64,000 nucleotides of DNA from Bryobacterales bacterium (GTDB lineage: Bacteria > Acidobacteriota > Terriglobia > Bryobacterales > UBA6623). A program made the position numbers and the translations under genes. The notes below the pieces were generated by a model, which searched no databases, had not been told where the DNA came from, and worked only from the letters and a program-made list of their open reading frames with translations. Below are positions 1 through 10,960 of the stretch, one piece after another (the first letter of the stretch is position 1; every line of letters begins with the position of its first letter). Location of the stretch: positions 96,001-160,000 of the forward strand of contig OY729427.2 in the NCBI GenBank assembly GCA_963422375.2, in the 5' to 3' direction.

Positions 1-1
1 C

Positions 2-91
2 CACGGCGCCCTGTTTCCCGGGAAGGCCACCGACGCTCCCGATTACGTGGCGGCCACGGTGGCCTGGTTCGACCGGCATCTGCGGAACTGA
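2..91 (+). CDS. 3' end of a probable alpha/beta hydrolase (S9/esterase-like), partial
   Basis: Frame from nt 2 reads HGALFPGKATDAPDYVAATVAWFDRHLRN*. The HG...WFDRHL ending is typical of alpha/beta hydrolases. Only 29 aa are visible. Confidence 0.5.
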   Translation, partial: HGALFPGKATDAPDYVAATVAWFDRHLRN

Positions 92-131
92 GCGCCTGTC
101 GGCGGCCTGCGAGCCGACGCGGCCCGTCCGG

Positions 132-1436
132 CTAGCGAGCGGGTACGGTGCCGGCGTCGGAGGACGCGATGACGCGCAGCTTGCGCCATTCGTAGAGCTT
201 GCGGGTGACGAGATCCGCCAAGGCCCTATCCTTCGAGAGCGACAGGTAGGCGGCGTAGGCCTTGGCGGCCCGAGCGTACTCCAGGCGGCCCTCTTGGACC
301 AATCCCAGGACAGCGTGGCTCTTGGGCCAGCGGTCCATTTCGCCCAGTGCGGCGAGGGCACTCACGCGTTCCTCGGCAAGATCAAGGTTGCCGAGGTTCG
401 CGGCGGCCGCGGCGCTCATGTAGAGGATCATGGGCGCCTCGGGCGAGAGCGCCAGATACCGCTCGGTCAGCCACTCGACCTCCTCCCAGTTCTGATCCGT
501 CATTTCGATCCGGATCAACCGCTGGTAGGGGGGCAGGAAGGCGGCGTCGGCGTTGACCGAACGGATGAACGCCTGCATCGCTCCGCCCTCGTTGCCAAGT
601 TCCCAGCGCGTCTCGCCCAAGGCGTGCCAGGCGGCAGCGAATCCGGGATAGGCCTCGACCGCGCGCTCGAACCGCGACTGGGCCCTCTGGAAGTCGGGCC
701 AGTCCTTGCGTAGCGCCTTCAATCCGCTGCCGAAGGCATTGCGCGCCTCTTCCGGCGCCTGCGCCGTCGTAGCGCTCGCAGGGCTGCGGGGGAAGCCTTC
801 GAGCGGACGGAGAATGACCGTGCCGAGCTCGATGCGGGGATGGTGGGCCACGAGAGTAAACCGGTCGCCCCAGATGTGCCCCGCCGGCACGAAATCGGAG
901 AGGTAGCCCTCCAGCGTGGCGCTCACCGCGCAGGGGGGCATGTACTCCGCCTCGTTCACCGCGAGCCTGATCAGTCCGTCCGGCTGGCCGCCGGCGCTCT
1001 TGACCCGCGCCGCCAAGTCGGGATGCAGCTGCGGCTTGAATCCGAAATAGCCGCTCGGCTGGGCAGGTCCCTCCGCTCGGGCCTCGCCCTCGCAATGCAG
1101 GACCACCCTTGCGCCGGCCGGAGGAGATTCCCCGCCTCCCAGCACCACCCGGCCCGACATTCGCTCGACAGCGAACCATCCTTCGAACTTGGGCTTGCAG
1201 TCCGCCGAGAACGCGTCCAAGTGGCTGCAGGGCTGCCCAGCGCTGGGCATTGGGATCGCGCTGAGCGGCGAAGCGGACTCCGCGGAGGTCTCGTCGCGGG
1301 ACGGGGAGACCACGATCTGCTCGACGCGACGGTTTCGAGCTTCCTCCGGCGCGATGGCAGGGGCCTGGGCCGACAGCCCGCTGCAGCCGACCGTCAGGCA
1401 CGACGCGAGAAAGCCGATCTGGCAAACGGACAGCAC
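132..1436 (-). CDS. Exported tetratricopeptide-repeat protein (possible lipoprotein)
   Basis: 434-aa ORF with a hydrophobic N-terminus (LTVGC) and C-terminal TPR-like helices (FERAVEAYPGFAAAWHALGE, AAKAYAAYLSL). Confidence 0.7.
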   Translation of the reverse strand: MLSVCQIGFLASCLTVGCSGLSAQAPAIAPEEARNRRVEQIVVSPSRDETSAESASPLSAIPMPSAGQPCSHLDAFSADCKPKFEGWFAVERMSGRVVLGGGESPPAGARVVLHCEGEARAEGPAQPSGYFGFKPQLHPDLAARVKSAGGQPDGLIRLAVNEAEYMPPCAVSATLEGYLSDFVPAGHIWGDRFTLVAHHPRIELGTVILRPLEGFPRSPASATTAQAPEEARNAFGSGLKALRKDWPDFQRAQSRFERAVEAYPGFAAAWHALGETRWELGNEGGAMQAFIRSVNADAAFLPPYQRLIRIEMTDQNWEEVEWLTERYLALSPEAPMILYMSAAAAANLGNLDLAEERVSALAALGEMDRWPKSHAVLGLVQEGRLEYARAAKAYAAYLSLSKDRALADLVTRKLYEWRKLRVIASSDAGTVPAR

Positions 1437-1729
1437 GTTCGCAGAGGCCGATCAGAACGGCAGTTCAGCATACCAGCAGATCCCGTTCGGGCACCCGCCA
1501 AGCAGAGGACTGGCAGCTGCCGTGGCGAAGCGGTCGGGACAGCGCGGGCGGCGCTCGTCGCAGAATCCCGGAGACGGGCTTGAGGCCTAGCACCCGCTAA
1601 GCCGTCACGCTCGCAATCGGAGCTGAGAAGGCTCCCTTGGGATTCCGGACCCTCACTCTGACCTCGGCAGTCTAGTCGAACCGGTCAGCCCTTGGTCCTC
1701 GATCTATTCGACTCGTGCTCGTTGCTCGC

Positions 1730-2185
1730 CTAACGGCCGATGCAAGCCTCGTCCATCTCCTGGGGACGGGAGAACGGCTCTCCCCGCATGACCCAAGTCT
1801 CGCGGATGCGATGCGCGAGGAACCGAGCCGTCCTCCTGGTCTCGCCTAGGTCTCGGTGGATCTTCGTGCTTGACGGTCCCTTCGGACCGGTCGAGAGTAG
1901 GTACAGCGCGATCACCCAGGTCTGGAGACCGCGCTTGGAGTTAGGCATGAGCGTTCGGGTCTTGGCCGAGAAGTCCTTGCGGCAGTCGCGGCAGCGGTAC
2001 GGCTGCGGTTTGCGCGTCGGTCGCTCCTGCACATCCTGCGATCTGCATTCCGGGCAGCACACAGCAGCAGGCCAGCGGTTGCTGACGAACCGTTCCTCGG
2101 CCGCCGCATCGTCCGGGAACATCCGCGTGATGTCCACGAGCGGGAGCCCAGCGCGCTCATGGCGTCCGCATGCCTTGTGTGTCAA
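1730..2185 (-). pseudogene. IS1595-family transposase, 5' fragment
   Basis: MFPDD...CPECRS...YRCRDCRKDFS zinc ribbon and HRDLG...AHRIRE HTH. Stops at EMDEACIG, the first DDE residue. Homologous to the element at 20.8-22.2 kb. Confidence 0.85.
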
Positions 2186-2338
2186 CTTCTAGTACTCTGT
2201 TCACCCTCGACGTGGCTGCGTGCAAGTTGAGTCTTGGGTCGCCCCCTCCCGTTGATCCCCAAACAAGTCCACTGTATTATGGATCAAACGGACGGATTCC
2301 GACAGCGAGAGCGAGAGGAACCGATCTTGGCCCTCAAT

Positions 2339-2380
2339 CAGCTACGACAGTACTGCTTGCAGCTACGACAGTACTGCTTG
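2339..2380. repeat. 21-bp perfect tandem duplication (CAGCTACGACAGTACTGCTTG x2)
   Basis: Read directly; intergenic, upstream of the porin gene. Confidence 0.9.
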
Positions 2381-2488
2381 GTGCGTGGCGCGGTCCTTCG
2401 AGGGCCTCAGAACGAGTCCGGCGGTCAGCGGGGACGCTGCAAGCGGTCCAGCCTCGCCCAAGCTGGCGACCGCGGGCTTGACCCGGTG

Positions 2489-3832
2489 ATGCGGTCAGCG
2501 CGGCAAGGTGCGGCTTGGCTCCTACTCGCGCTAGCCACAGGGGTCGTTCCGGCTCAGGAGCAAGACGCCGCAACAGACATTGGCGTCCAGGCCGACGAGC
2601 ATGGGACAGGCGAAGCGCCGGCCATTCCGAGTTGGCTATCGCTCGGAGGCGAGTTCCGAACTCGCTTCGAGAGTCGCGAAGCACTGGGTTATCTCAACGG
2701 CAGCGACGACGGCTATGCCTTGGTCCGCACCCGCGTGGACATAGGAATCGATGCAGCCGAATGGCTGCAATTCGGTTTTCAAGGCCAAGATTCGCGGGCG
2801 CCGGCGCTTCGCGAGAGCGTAGGGAGGCTCGGAGCCTTCGAGGACGGCTTCGACGTGCGCCAGGCGTACGCCAGGATCGGCGGCTCGAAATCCCCGGTCA
2901 GGGTCACGGTCGGGCGACAGCTGCTCTCCTACGGCGACCAGCGACTGCTAGGCGCGCAGGACTGGTCGAACACTTCGCGAGAGTTCGACGCCGTGAAGCT
3001 GGAACTGCAGTCCGGACAGGCCAAAATCGACGTCTTCACGGCCTCGGTCGTGCAGAACGACCCGGGTCGGCGCATCAACCAATCTCTCGAGGGCAACAAC
3101 CTCCACGGAGTCTATGCGGCGCTGGGTGGAATCGTCCCGCAATCGACAATCGAGCCGTTCGTCCTCTGGCAGACGACCCCGCATTCAATGAACGAACTGC
3201 AGATGCGAGGCGGCCTGGACAGGTACACGGCCGGGGTCCGCATCTGGGGCGAGGGTCTCGGCCCATGGGACTACGATGCGGCATTCGTGCGCCAGACAGG
3301 CGACGTGGCAGATGCGCCGATCAAGGCGTGGGGCTACTACGGGGAACTGGGCTACGCCATCGACTCGACCGGGAAGCCCCGGCTTTACACGAAATACAAC
3401 TTCGGTTCCGGCGACTCCGACCCGAACGACGGCGTGACCGGCGGCTTTGTGGACGTCTACCCGAGCGCACACCGCTGGTACGGCTACAACGATCTAGTCG
3501 GCTGGCGCAATATCAGGAACCTGCAGCTCGGAGCCGAGGTCAACCCGCACAAGCGGCTGAGACTGCAGTTCGATTTCCACTCCTTCTGGCTGGTCAGCGC
3601 TCGGGACGCGCTGTACAACGTCGGGGGGCGGCTGTCCGTGGCTCCGCCGGAATCGGGGGCCGCCGACAAGAAAGTCGGGGACGAGGTGAACGCCACGTTC
3701 TCGCTACCGGTCAGTGACTCCGTCGGCGTCACTGGCGGAATCGGGTACATGTTTCCCGGTCCGTTCGTGAAGGCGAATTCGCCGGGGCACGGGAACACCT
3801 TTTCGTTTCTCGCCATCCAGGTCGGGTTCTGA
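2489..3832 (+). CDS. Alginate-export (AlgE-like) family outer-membrane beta-barrel protein
   Basis: Signal peptide from ATG 2489. Motifs WLSLGGEFRTRFE, GRQLLSYGDQRLLG..DWSN..R.FDAVK, GSGD, YPSAH..YG..D.VGWRN. C-terminal Phe. Confidence 0.85.
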   Translation: MRSARQGAAWLLLALATGVVPAQEQDAATDIGVQADEHGTGEAPAIPSWLSLGGEFRTRFESREALGYLNGSDDGYALVRTRVDIGIDAAEWLQFGFQGQDSRAPALRESVGRLGAFEDGFDVRQAYARIGGSKSPVRVTVGRQLLSYGDQRLLGAQDWSNTSREFDAVKLELQSGQAKIDVFTASVVQNDPGRRINQSLEGNNLHGVYAALGGIVPQSTIEPFVLWQTTPHSMNELQMRGGLDRYTAGVRIWGEGLGPWDYDAAFVRQTGDVADAPIKAWGYYGELGYAIDSTGKPRLYTKYNFGSGDSDPNDGVTGGFVDVYPSAHRWYGYNDLVGWRNIRNLQLGAEVNPHKRLRLQFDFHSFWLVSARDALYNVGGRLSVAPPESGAADKKVGDEVNATFSLPVSDSVGVTGGIGYMFPGPFVKANSPGHGNTFSFLAIQVGF

Positions 3833-4326
3833 GAGGCATCCTCCGAGCGCGGGCTCGAATACGACCCTGTCGGCTCACCTTGTCCAGGCCTTGGCGCGAT
3901 TGCCGCTGACGGCAACGCTTCGAATCGATCCCGCAAGGCCGACGCGGATTCCCAGGCGGCTCCTCGCATCGACGGAGGGCGTGCCGAGTCAGCTTGTGGA
4001 GCTCACAATCAGGGCATCTATCCCGCGACGCAACGGGCACATTTCATGAGCCCTCGGCCACGGGCCCGACGGCGAATTGACTTGCGCGGGCTTGCAGCGA
4101 GAGGCACCGATATCGCAAGCAAGCCAAGGACGCGACGAAGGGTACTGTCACCGCGCCGAGGCGGCAGCGCACGCCTGCCCGCGTAATGCCCAGCCTCTAC
4201 TCGGCGAGAACTTAACCCCGCGAAAGTTGCCGCACATCCCCAGGGATTTCGGGTGTGCGCTCTTCAAGGCTGCCGGCCCCGGATCAAGAGCCGCGCAGAC
4301 CGCCACGTTTCTCGCGCGCTGGATCG

Positions 4327-7254
4327 TCAGGGAGTCCAATCCGCAGAAAACGAGCCCTTGAGGGAGGAGGTGGCGTATGACGGGCCCAAGCTCCAAGTTC
4401 CGATCACTCCAAGCGGGCCATCGATGCTCTCTCCAACAAACTTCCCCGTGAAGGTTCTCGACCCGCTCCACCGAGCGTCGGAACGACCGAAATTGAAGTA
4501 CCTCACTCGAACTTCGGGGTTGCTGGAGCTGAAGCCGATACCCGCTCGTGGGTTGGAAGACGTTACGGGGACGCCACGGAAGATGATCTCGTCGACTGCC
4601 GCGTTCCGGTAGACCAGCGGGTCTTCGCTGTCGATTGTGCGGAGGTCACGGATCACGGAGTTAACTCTAGCGCTCGACAGCCGCGCGCCCCACTGGACCG
4701 TGAGGCCGATACGGCCGGTGAAGACTCGGGCAAGCGGGGACTGTTCCACGGCGAGCGTGTCCCCTTCGTAGTAGCCGACACCTCCGCTGGGATAGCTCAG
4801 ATCGCCCGAGAAGTACGTGGTCTGCCTGAGCGGGCTGTAGGCGAAGGAGGAAGCGCCGTCGCTCTCCGCGCCTGCGCGAGCGCTGCGGCCGACGGTCTTA
4901 GCCCAGACACCGAAGCGTCCGTAGTTCGTGTGGCCGAAGTCGACCCTCATCGAGTAGAGCCGAATGTCGAATAGATCGTCGACGTCCGACACCAACCGCC
5001 TAGCAGTAGAGAAGATCCCGTCGGTCGCGAGCGAGTCTTGCAGCGTCGCGCGCGATTCGAGCGCGTCCGCGGCCTCGCGGAGGATCCTGCGGGCTTCGTT
5101 GTCGCGACGCGGACCGGAGGGATATGTCCCCAGCAATGTCCTAGCTGGATAGGCTGAACCGAACACGCGGCGCAGTGCGGCATTCGAATCGGACCAGATC
5201 TTCGTCCGCCTAGGCTGCAGGGTGGAATCGGAGGAACTCAAGTCGGTCCAGAAGTCGAGGATTCGGATCTGATTCTCGATCTCCTCCTTCGCCAAGTCGA
5301 CCAACGGCGTGCCTTGCCTCGCGGCGAAGCCGCTCGAATACAATTCGGAGACGTCGAATTCAAAATCTTCACCGTGAGGATCGCTCCCGCCGACGCGGAT
5401 CGCGCCGTCTGAATCGGGGGCGACCTCCAAGTGCGTTCTCGATGCAGTGCCTGAGTCATCGACAGCGGGCACCCGACGATCAGGCGACCTATCGTATTCC
5501 GCTCCGAAGGCTCCCGCCAGGATCGGCCTGGTGGAGCTCTCGGAGATCTCCCAAGTGCCAATCGCGGCCCCCCCGGGCTGCGCGCCCTCACCTACGAACC
5601 GGCCCTCGAGCTCGCCTCTCAATCGCCGAGGCCTAGGCCCGCCCGCAGCGAACGGATAGTTCACGACAGCGTAGCTAGAAGCCGCAACGCTGTCGAATGA
5701 GCCGACGCTACGGTTCAAACGGGCGGCTGGCAGGACGATCGATTCCGGACGCCATAGACCGAACCGCCACGAGGTGCCGCTGTCGCTGACCAAGTCCCTG
5801 ATCGTAACGCCGACTCGATTCGAGTTCAGCAGCACGTTCAGCTCGACGGTGCCGGCGTAGGACTCGCTCGGCTCGTCCGGCTGGACCGCGACGGTGCGAC
5901 CCACGAAGGTTGCCTGGCCGAAGCTCGGAAGTGCCGGCCTGTACGACGCATCCAGCGGGCTGTAGGCGAACGTGTCGAGACCCTCAGTGCGATTCAGGAG
6001 CTTGAGGTCGTCGTCCCAGCGATTGGCTCTCTTTAAGCGCATGTACGCCCCGAACCGCGTGTTCGGGGTTGTACCGAACCCAAGAATGGTCGCGCTGCGC
6101 ACTGCGTCGAAGGCATCGTCGACGTCGGCAAGGTCGATCGCTCCTCCATCGAAGATTCCGCCGTCCACGGCCGAACGGAAGTCCCTGATGCTCGAAAGCG
6201 CCAGTTGCGCGTCCTCCAAGCGCCCGTCGGCCGTGCGGACGTTTACCCGAGTGCCCCGCATTGGCAGGGTATACCCCAGAACCCGGTTAGCAGTCGAATC
6301 GCCAACAAGATCGGCCAGGGCCTGCCGAGCGGCCCTCCAGCGCGATTGCATAATATCCCTTAGGCCGCTTGCGTCGTCTTCGTAGAGGGACCGAAACGTG
6401 TCGAGGTTTTCTCGCACGGTCGCGATTACGTCGGCGGCATGCTGGGCGAAGGTCGTACTCCTGTTGACGCCTCCATCACGGGCCAGCTCCGTCAACGGGA
6501 AATCCACGCCGCCGATCCGGATCGACGTATCCCCGTTTGTGCCGCTCGCAACTGTCAAGGTGGGCTTCATGCCGACGTACGCACCCCGCCGGTCGTAGGC
6601 GAGCGAATCGATCGGGGCCGGGGTCGTGCCGCGATTACCCGGATCCGGCGTTCCCACGGACACCGGGTCTAAATGCCACGCGCCGTTACGCAAAGCGAAT
6701 CTGTAGGAGATTCCAGCTGAATCGCGCGCCCTGAGACCGGCTCGCAGAGGTCTACCCAGATAGGAATAGCTGCCGTCGCGGCTACGGAATATGCTGACCG
6801 ACTCGCCAGACCGGCCGAGCCGCACGCTGATGCGCTGCGAGGAGGGCTGCGCCTGCCACCTCCCCCCCGACCTCACCAGCGTGTACACCGTACCCTCGGC
6901 CGCCGTGACGACGTACCCGCTGGTCACGGGCTCGCCTCCCCACGAGAATCCGCCGGTTTCGATCTGTTTCAGGGTGATGGCGGAACCGCCGCTACCGAGA
7001 GCGACCCGCACCAAGCCCTGCAGGAACCTAGCGACGGGCCGCTCGCCCGAGACCGTAAGAACGTACTGGAGCCCGTTTCCGCCGATAACCACGAATCCAT
7101 CGTTCACGGTCTGGCCGTTCCATGTGTAGCCGCCGGAGTCCGATCGATTCAGAGTTGCAGTGCCGCCGTGATCGCCGAGCTGAACTGAAACCGGCTGCGC
7201 ATTGCCAAGGGCAGGAAGGAGCAGCACCGCAGAAAGCAACGCCGCAGTGCGCAT
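4327..7254 (-). CDS. Secreted surface protein: three ~60-aa repeats plus two TbpB-like (transferrin-binding-protein-like) beta-barrel lobes
   Basis: Sec signal (MRTAALLSAVLLLPALGNA-Q). Three V.LG.SG...Y.L....G.W repeats. Duplicated lobe motifs FG.T...RFG, FAYSPL, [FY].G.T.AV, G.FVGE....IGTW...G.F.A. Confidence 0.7.
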   Translation of the reverse strand: MRTAALLSAVLLLPALGNAQPVSVQLGDHGGTATLNRSDSGGYTWNGQTVNDGFVVIGGNGLQYVLTVSGERPVARFLQGLVRVALGSGGSAITLKQIETGGFSWGGEPVTSGYVVTAAEGTVYTLVRSGGRWQAQPSSQRISVRLGRSGESVSIFRSRDGSYSYLGRPLRAGLRARDSAGISYRFALRNGAWHLDPVSVGTPDPGNRGTTPAPIDSLAYDRRGAYVGMKPTLTVASGTNGDTSIRIGGVDFPLTELARDGGVNRSTTFAQHAADVIATVRENLDTFRSLYEDDASGLRDIMQSRWRAARQALADLVGDSTANRVLGYTLPMRGTRVNVRTADGRLEDAQLALSSIRDFRSAVDGGIFDGGAIDLADVDDAFDAVRSATILGFGTTPNTRFGAYMRLKRANRWDDDLKLLNRTEGLDTFAYSPLDASYRPALPSFGQATFVGRTVAVQPDEPSESYAGTVELNVLLNSNRVGVTIRDLVSDSGTSWRFGLWRPESIVLPAARLNRSVGSFDSVAASSYAVVNYPFAAGGPRPRRLRGELEGRFVGEGAQPGGAAIGTWEISESSTRPILAGAFGAEYDRSPDRRVPAVDDSGTASRTHLEVAPDSDGAIRVGGSDPHGEDFEFDVSELYSSGFAARQGTPLVDLAKEEIENQIRILDFWTDLSSSDSTLQPRRTKIWSDSNAALRRVFGSAYPARTLLGTYPSGPRRDNEARRILREAADALESRATLQDSLATDGIFSTARRLVSDVDDLFDIRLYSMRVDFGHTNYGRFGVWAKTVGRSARAGAESDGASSFAYSPLRQTTYFSGDLSYPSGGVGYYEGDTLAVEQSPLARVFTGRIGLTVQWGARLSSARVNSVIRDLRTIDSEDPLVYRNAAVDEIIFRGVPVTSSNPRAGIGFSSSNPEVRVRYFNFGRSDARWSGSRTFTGKFVGESIDGPLGVIGTWSLGPSYATSSLKGSFSADWTP

Positions 7255-7462
7255 GCGACTAGAATCCCCCATGGCAGTCACCTCGCTGTCGAATCCCTCA
7301 TGGCTGCTCGTTAGTCTACTCTACGGAGCAGACGAGACCTTCGACGGGATTCGGACTGAACTCTCCTCCGAAAGCTATGGGTCTTGGAGACACACCCCCA
7401 CGGTTCCGCCCCGGCGAGAGATTTCGACGGCCCGGTGGTTGGATTGACGTCAGGGACCGGCG

Positions 7463-8007
7463 CGGGGCGCCGTTCGCGCGGGCTTCCCCTTCGCACGCGC
7501 TGAGTGACCGAGCGCCCGGTCCGGCCCCGTCCTAGGCGAGTGCGGGCCGCTCAGCCGCTCCGGACCCCGGCTCCAGGGCCCTATCGGACTCGGCCAGCCG
7601 CCGTTTCTCGCGCGCGGCCTGCTGTCGCAGCAGCTCCTCCTGCACGCGCCGCGCCACCTCCGGCAGCAGCTGCGCCTTGCGCACCATCCGCAGCCAGCGG
7701 GACAGGTTCTTGCGCGCCGTCAACGCTTCCGGGTCGACGACCGGATCGCGGTAGGGCACGCCGTCGCGCAGCATCGCGAACGCGATGCGCAGGATCTTGT
7801 GCCCCAGCGCCACCGCCGCGCGTCCCGTGCCCCGCCGCGCGTCCCGTGCCCCGCCGCGCGTCCCGTGCCCCGCCGCGCGTCCCGTGCCCCGCCGCGCGGC
7901 CAGGGCGCGCTTGCGCGGGCCGAACTGCGTGTCCTTGGTGCGCGCCGCCGCGCGGGCGATCTCGCACAGGATGCGCCGTACGTACGCGTTGCCCTTGCGC
8001 CTGCGGC
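7463..8007 (-). pseudogene. IS110-family transposase, 3' fragment
   Basis: Reads KGNAYVRRILCEIARAAART...RRGTGRAAVALGHKILRIAFAMLRDGVPYRD (IS110 C-terminal domain). The 5' part is lost at the IS4 boundary. Confidence 0.8.
7813..7898. repeat. 19-bp tandem repeat (CCGCCGCGCGTCCCGTGCC) x4.5
   Basis: Read directly; lies inside the IS110 fragment. Confidence 0.95.
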
Positions 8008-10362
8008 CTGCCTTTTACCCATCAGTCTTGGTTGAGGGCAGATCTTGGTACAAGTTGCTGGCTTGGTCCAGGTCGATCAGCCGCTCGTACCTCTGCGTGG
8101 CCGTAGCGAGTCGCGTGTAGCCCTCCCGGAGAACCTCGTGCCCGGGCGGGGGGATCGTGCTTGCGGTTGAGACAGCTGCCGAGCATCGCCGTGGTGAGCA
8201 CCGCGCGATCTAGGTTGTCGGGCGCCGGCACCTGGCGAGCCTTGGCGAAGTCGCCCGGCGCCCACAGCTCGGCGTCGGAGAACAGATCGCTTGGCGGCAG
8301 TTCGGGCGTGTCCCGGCCCGGCAGCGTCATCACGGTCAGGCGCCAGGCGATCACCGCCTTGATCGTGACCGCCCGCTCGATCCGCTCGCCGCGGCGATGG
8401 CCGAGGTGTTCCGCCCGGCAGCCGGACTTGAGCACCCGGTACCAGTCCTCGATGCGCCAGCGCAGGCGATACCAGGCGAGGATGCGCTCCGCGTCCGCCC
8501 GCGTCCGCACCGGCACGCTCGTCAGCAGGAACCATTCCAGCGGCTCGGCGCCGTCCGGGGCCGCGTCTTCCCGCACGTGCACCATGTTCAGGCGAATCGG
8601 CTCGCTCCCGCGCTCGGGTCCCGCTGCCGGCGCCGGCAGCGGGACCGTCTGCCAGCGCAGCGCCACCTCGGCCGCGCGCGCCGGGCGCAACTCGCTCGGC
8701 GCACAGCTCGAACACGTCCGCCTCGCGGTCCATGACCGCGACCGGCCGGGTCCCCCGCAGCTGCCCGGCCAGCTCGGCCGTGTCCCGCAGCCCGCGCACC
8801 CAGCACTGCGTCTCGCGCAGCTCGGCCGGCTGGTGCTTCCCGGCCCGGCCGTCGGGGGCCTCGAACTGGATCAGCGGCACGCCCGGCGGGATGCCGTCGC
8901 CGTTGACGGCCGGCGTCGAGTGCATGTGCAGGCCGAGGGTGCCCTTGGAACGGCTGTTCCTGCCGATCAGCCCCGGGCCGACGCAGCCCGGACACTCGGC
9001 GAAATTGAGGTCGCTGCCGTCCTGGATGCACAGCACGACGGCTTGGCCGTCCATGCGCTCCAGCGTGCGCGCACGGTGGGGGGCGAGAATGCTGGCGGGC
9101 GTGACGGCGGCCTCGGCCGGCTGGTCGATCATGCGGTAGCAGGCTTTCATCAGGGCGCGGTCGGACCGGGCTGCGGAGACGAACGAGGCCCGCGGCGCGT
9201 CGGCCATGGCGGCCGCGCATTGCACCAGGCGGCGGCTCCAGCGTACATCTCCCAGCGGAGCGCCGCCGAACTCGCGCGGGGGCGGCGGGGGCGCGGGCAC
9301 GCCCGGCTGGCGGCGCCAGTCGTGCCGCAGGGGATACAGGAAGACGGCCTTGACGGGCACGGTCGCGCCGGTCGGGGCGCAGCGCCCGCGGCCGGCGGTG
9401 CGGCCGACGTGAATCCAGTTGGCGGCCTTGAAGCTGGTGCCGGCATGGTGCCGGCGGTCGACGAAGGTCTCCGCGAGCAGGGGCTCGTAGCCGTAGCGCT
9501 GCTGGAAGTCGGCGGGGAGGCGGCGCAGGCCCGGGGCGAGGGCCTTGGAGGCGAGGTTGCGGCACTGCGCGCCGGGCCGGATCAGGAAGCGGCTGAGGGC
9601 GATCACGCGATGCAGCCGGTTGCGGCGGCGCTCGGCGTCCCAGCCGATCCAGCGGTCGCGGTCGGCGAGAGCCAGGGCGGAGGCGGCGAAGCCGAGGGCG
9701 CCGAGGATGCCGTGCCGCGAGAGCGGCAGGTAGCGCAGCTGGGGGCCGACGTGGCAGGCGGCGCCGCGGGGATGCTCGCGGGCGATCAGCTCGGTCCGGA
9801 GCCGGCGGCTGCGGTCGTCGGCGACGAGTTCGAGGCGCAGGTCCTCGACGGCGCCGGCGCGGGCCGGCACGGACCGCGGGGCCCCGACGGGGTGGCCGAG
9901 CCGTCGCGGGCGGCCGTGCCCGCCGTGGCGGACGGGCGGCGGGAGAGCGATGCTGTCGCGGGCGTGGAGGGTCCGCAAAACCTTCAGGCAGGTGACCAGC
10001 TGGGGGTTTCGTCGTGGAAGCGGAAGTCGGCGCACACGTGCGCGGCGAGCGCGGTGCGGTGGGGGAAGGTCTCCGCGTCCAGCAGCGCTCGCAGGCGCAG
10101 GAGACCTCCGGGCCCGACAGCGTTTCGAGAATGCGGTTCCGGGGCATGACCCATAGAAGGCAGCTCGGCGTAGAAGGCAGCTCGGCGGCAGATTGTCGAG
10201 GGCTCCGTGGGAAAAAGATTGAGCGGCTGCGACCGTCCCGCTGCCGGGGTCTCGCCGACTGCGCGGACTGGCCCTGCCGTCTGCCTATCCGAAGGCCCCA
10301 CTCCGCGACTCCCTGTGCCCGGGGCTTCCGTTAGTCCAGGCCCACTTATGGGGCATGGGCAG
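8008..10362 (-). mobile_element. Decayed IS4-family (Tn5-like) element encoding a DUF4338-fused transposase, frameshifted
   Basis: DUF4338-like part: RDRWIGW...RFLIRP...NLASK..YGYEPLLAETFVD..GTSFKAANW..G.TAGRGR. IS4 motifs: EFGGAPLGD.R, IQDGSDLNF, DREAD, WFLLTS, YRLRWRIEDW.RVLKSGC. Imperfect TIRs CTGCCTTTTACCCATCAGT (8008) and CTGCCCATGCCCCATAAGT (reverse complement, ending 10362). Confidence 0.8.
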
Positions 10363-10491
10363 CCCACGCCTGACCCCGGCCCGGCGTTTGCTCCGAAGGT
10401 ATTAGGGTGATCCAGAGACACCTCCCCAGCTCCACTTCGGCGATGTGTTGTTTCGATAGCCGGCTGGCGGGCCTAACGGCAAGCACCCGTT

Positions 10492-10960
10492 CGGGGCGCC
10501 GTTCGCACGGGCTTGCGCTGCGCTAGCATCGAGGTGACGGAGGGCCCCGGGCCAGCTCCGCCGCGGGCAATGGCCGGACGATCGATGGCTACCCCTCCCC
10601 CCCCCCGGCAGCGGGACGGACCCGCTTCGGCCAGCCTAGGCTGCACGCGGAATACCCGCCGAAGCAATGTATTCTTCTCCACGCGCCGCGTTCGCCAGCG
10701 TTTCGCCCCGCGCACTATCTGGACCCAGCGAGCCAGGTTCTTCCCGTCCGCGCATCCGCGTCCATTCCGGAATCGCGACAGGGCTCGCCGCACCGCAGGA
10801 GCGCGAACGCAATGCGCAGGATCTCGCGCCTCAGCGCCGCCTCCGCATGGCACATGCCGCGCCTCACGGTCACGGCGCGCCCAGGCATGCCGCCCCGTAG
10901 CGGTCTCGCACACGATGGGCCGCGCAGACGCGTTGCCCTTGCGGCATCGGCCAGCAGCGG
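10492..10960 (-). pseudogene. Heavily degraded IS110-family fragment, paralogue of 7463-8007
   Basis: RKGNA.., EILRIAFALLRCGEPCRD and KNLARWVQIVR appear across shifted frames. Shares the distal motif CGGGGCGCCGTTCGC.CGGGCTT with the first fragment. Confidence 0.65.

Noticed and set aside
7813..7898. CRISPR array (also considered for 2339-2380)
   Set aside because: Units are contiguous with no spacers, and there are no cas genes in the window.
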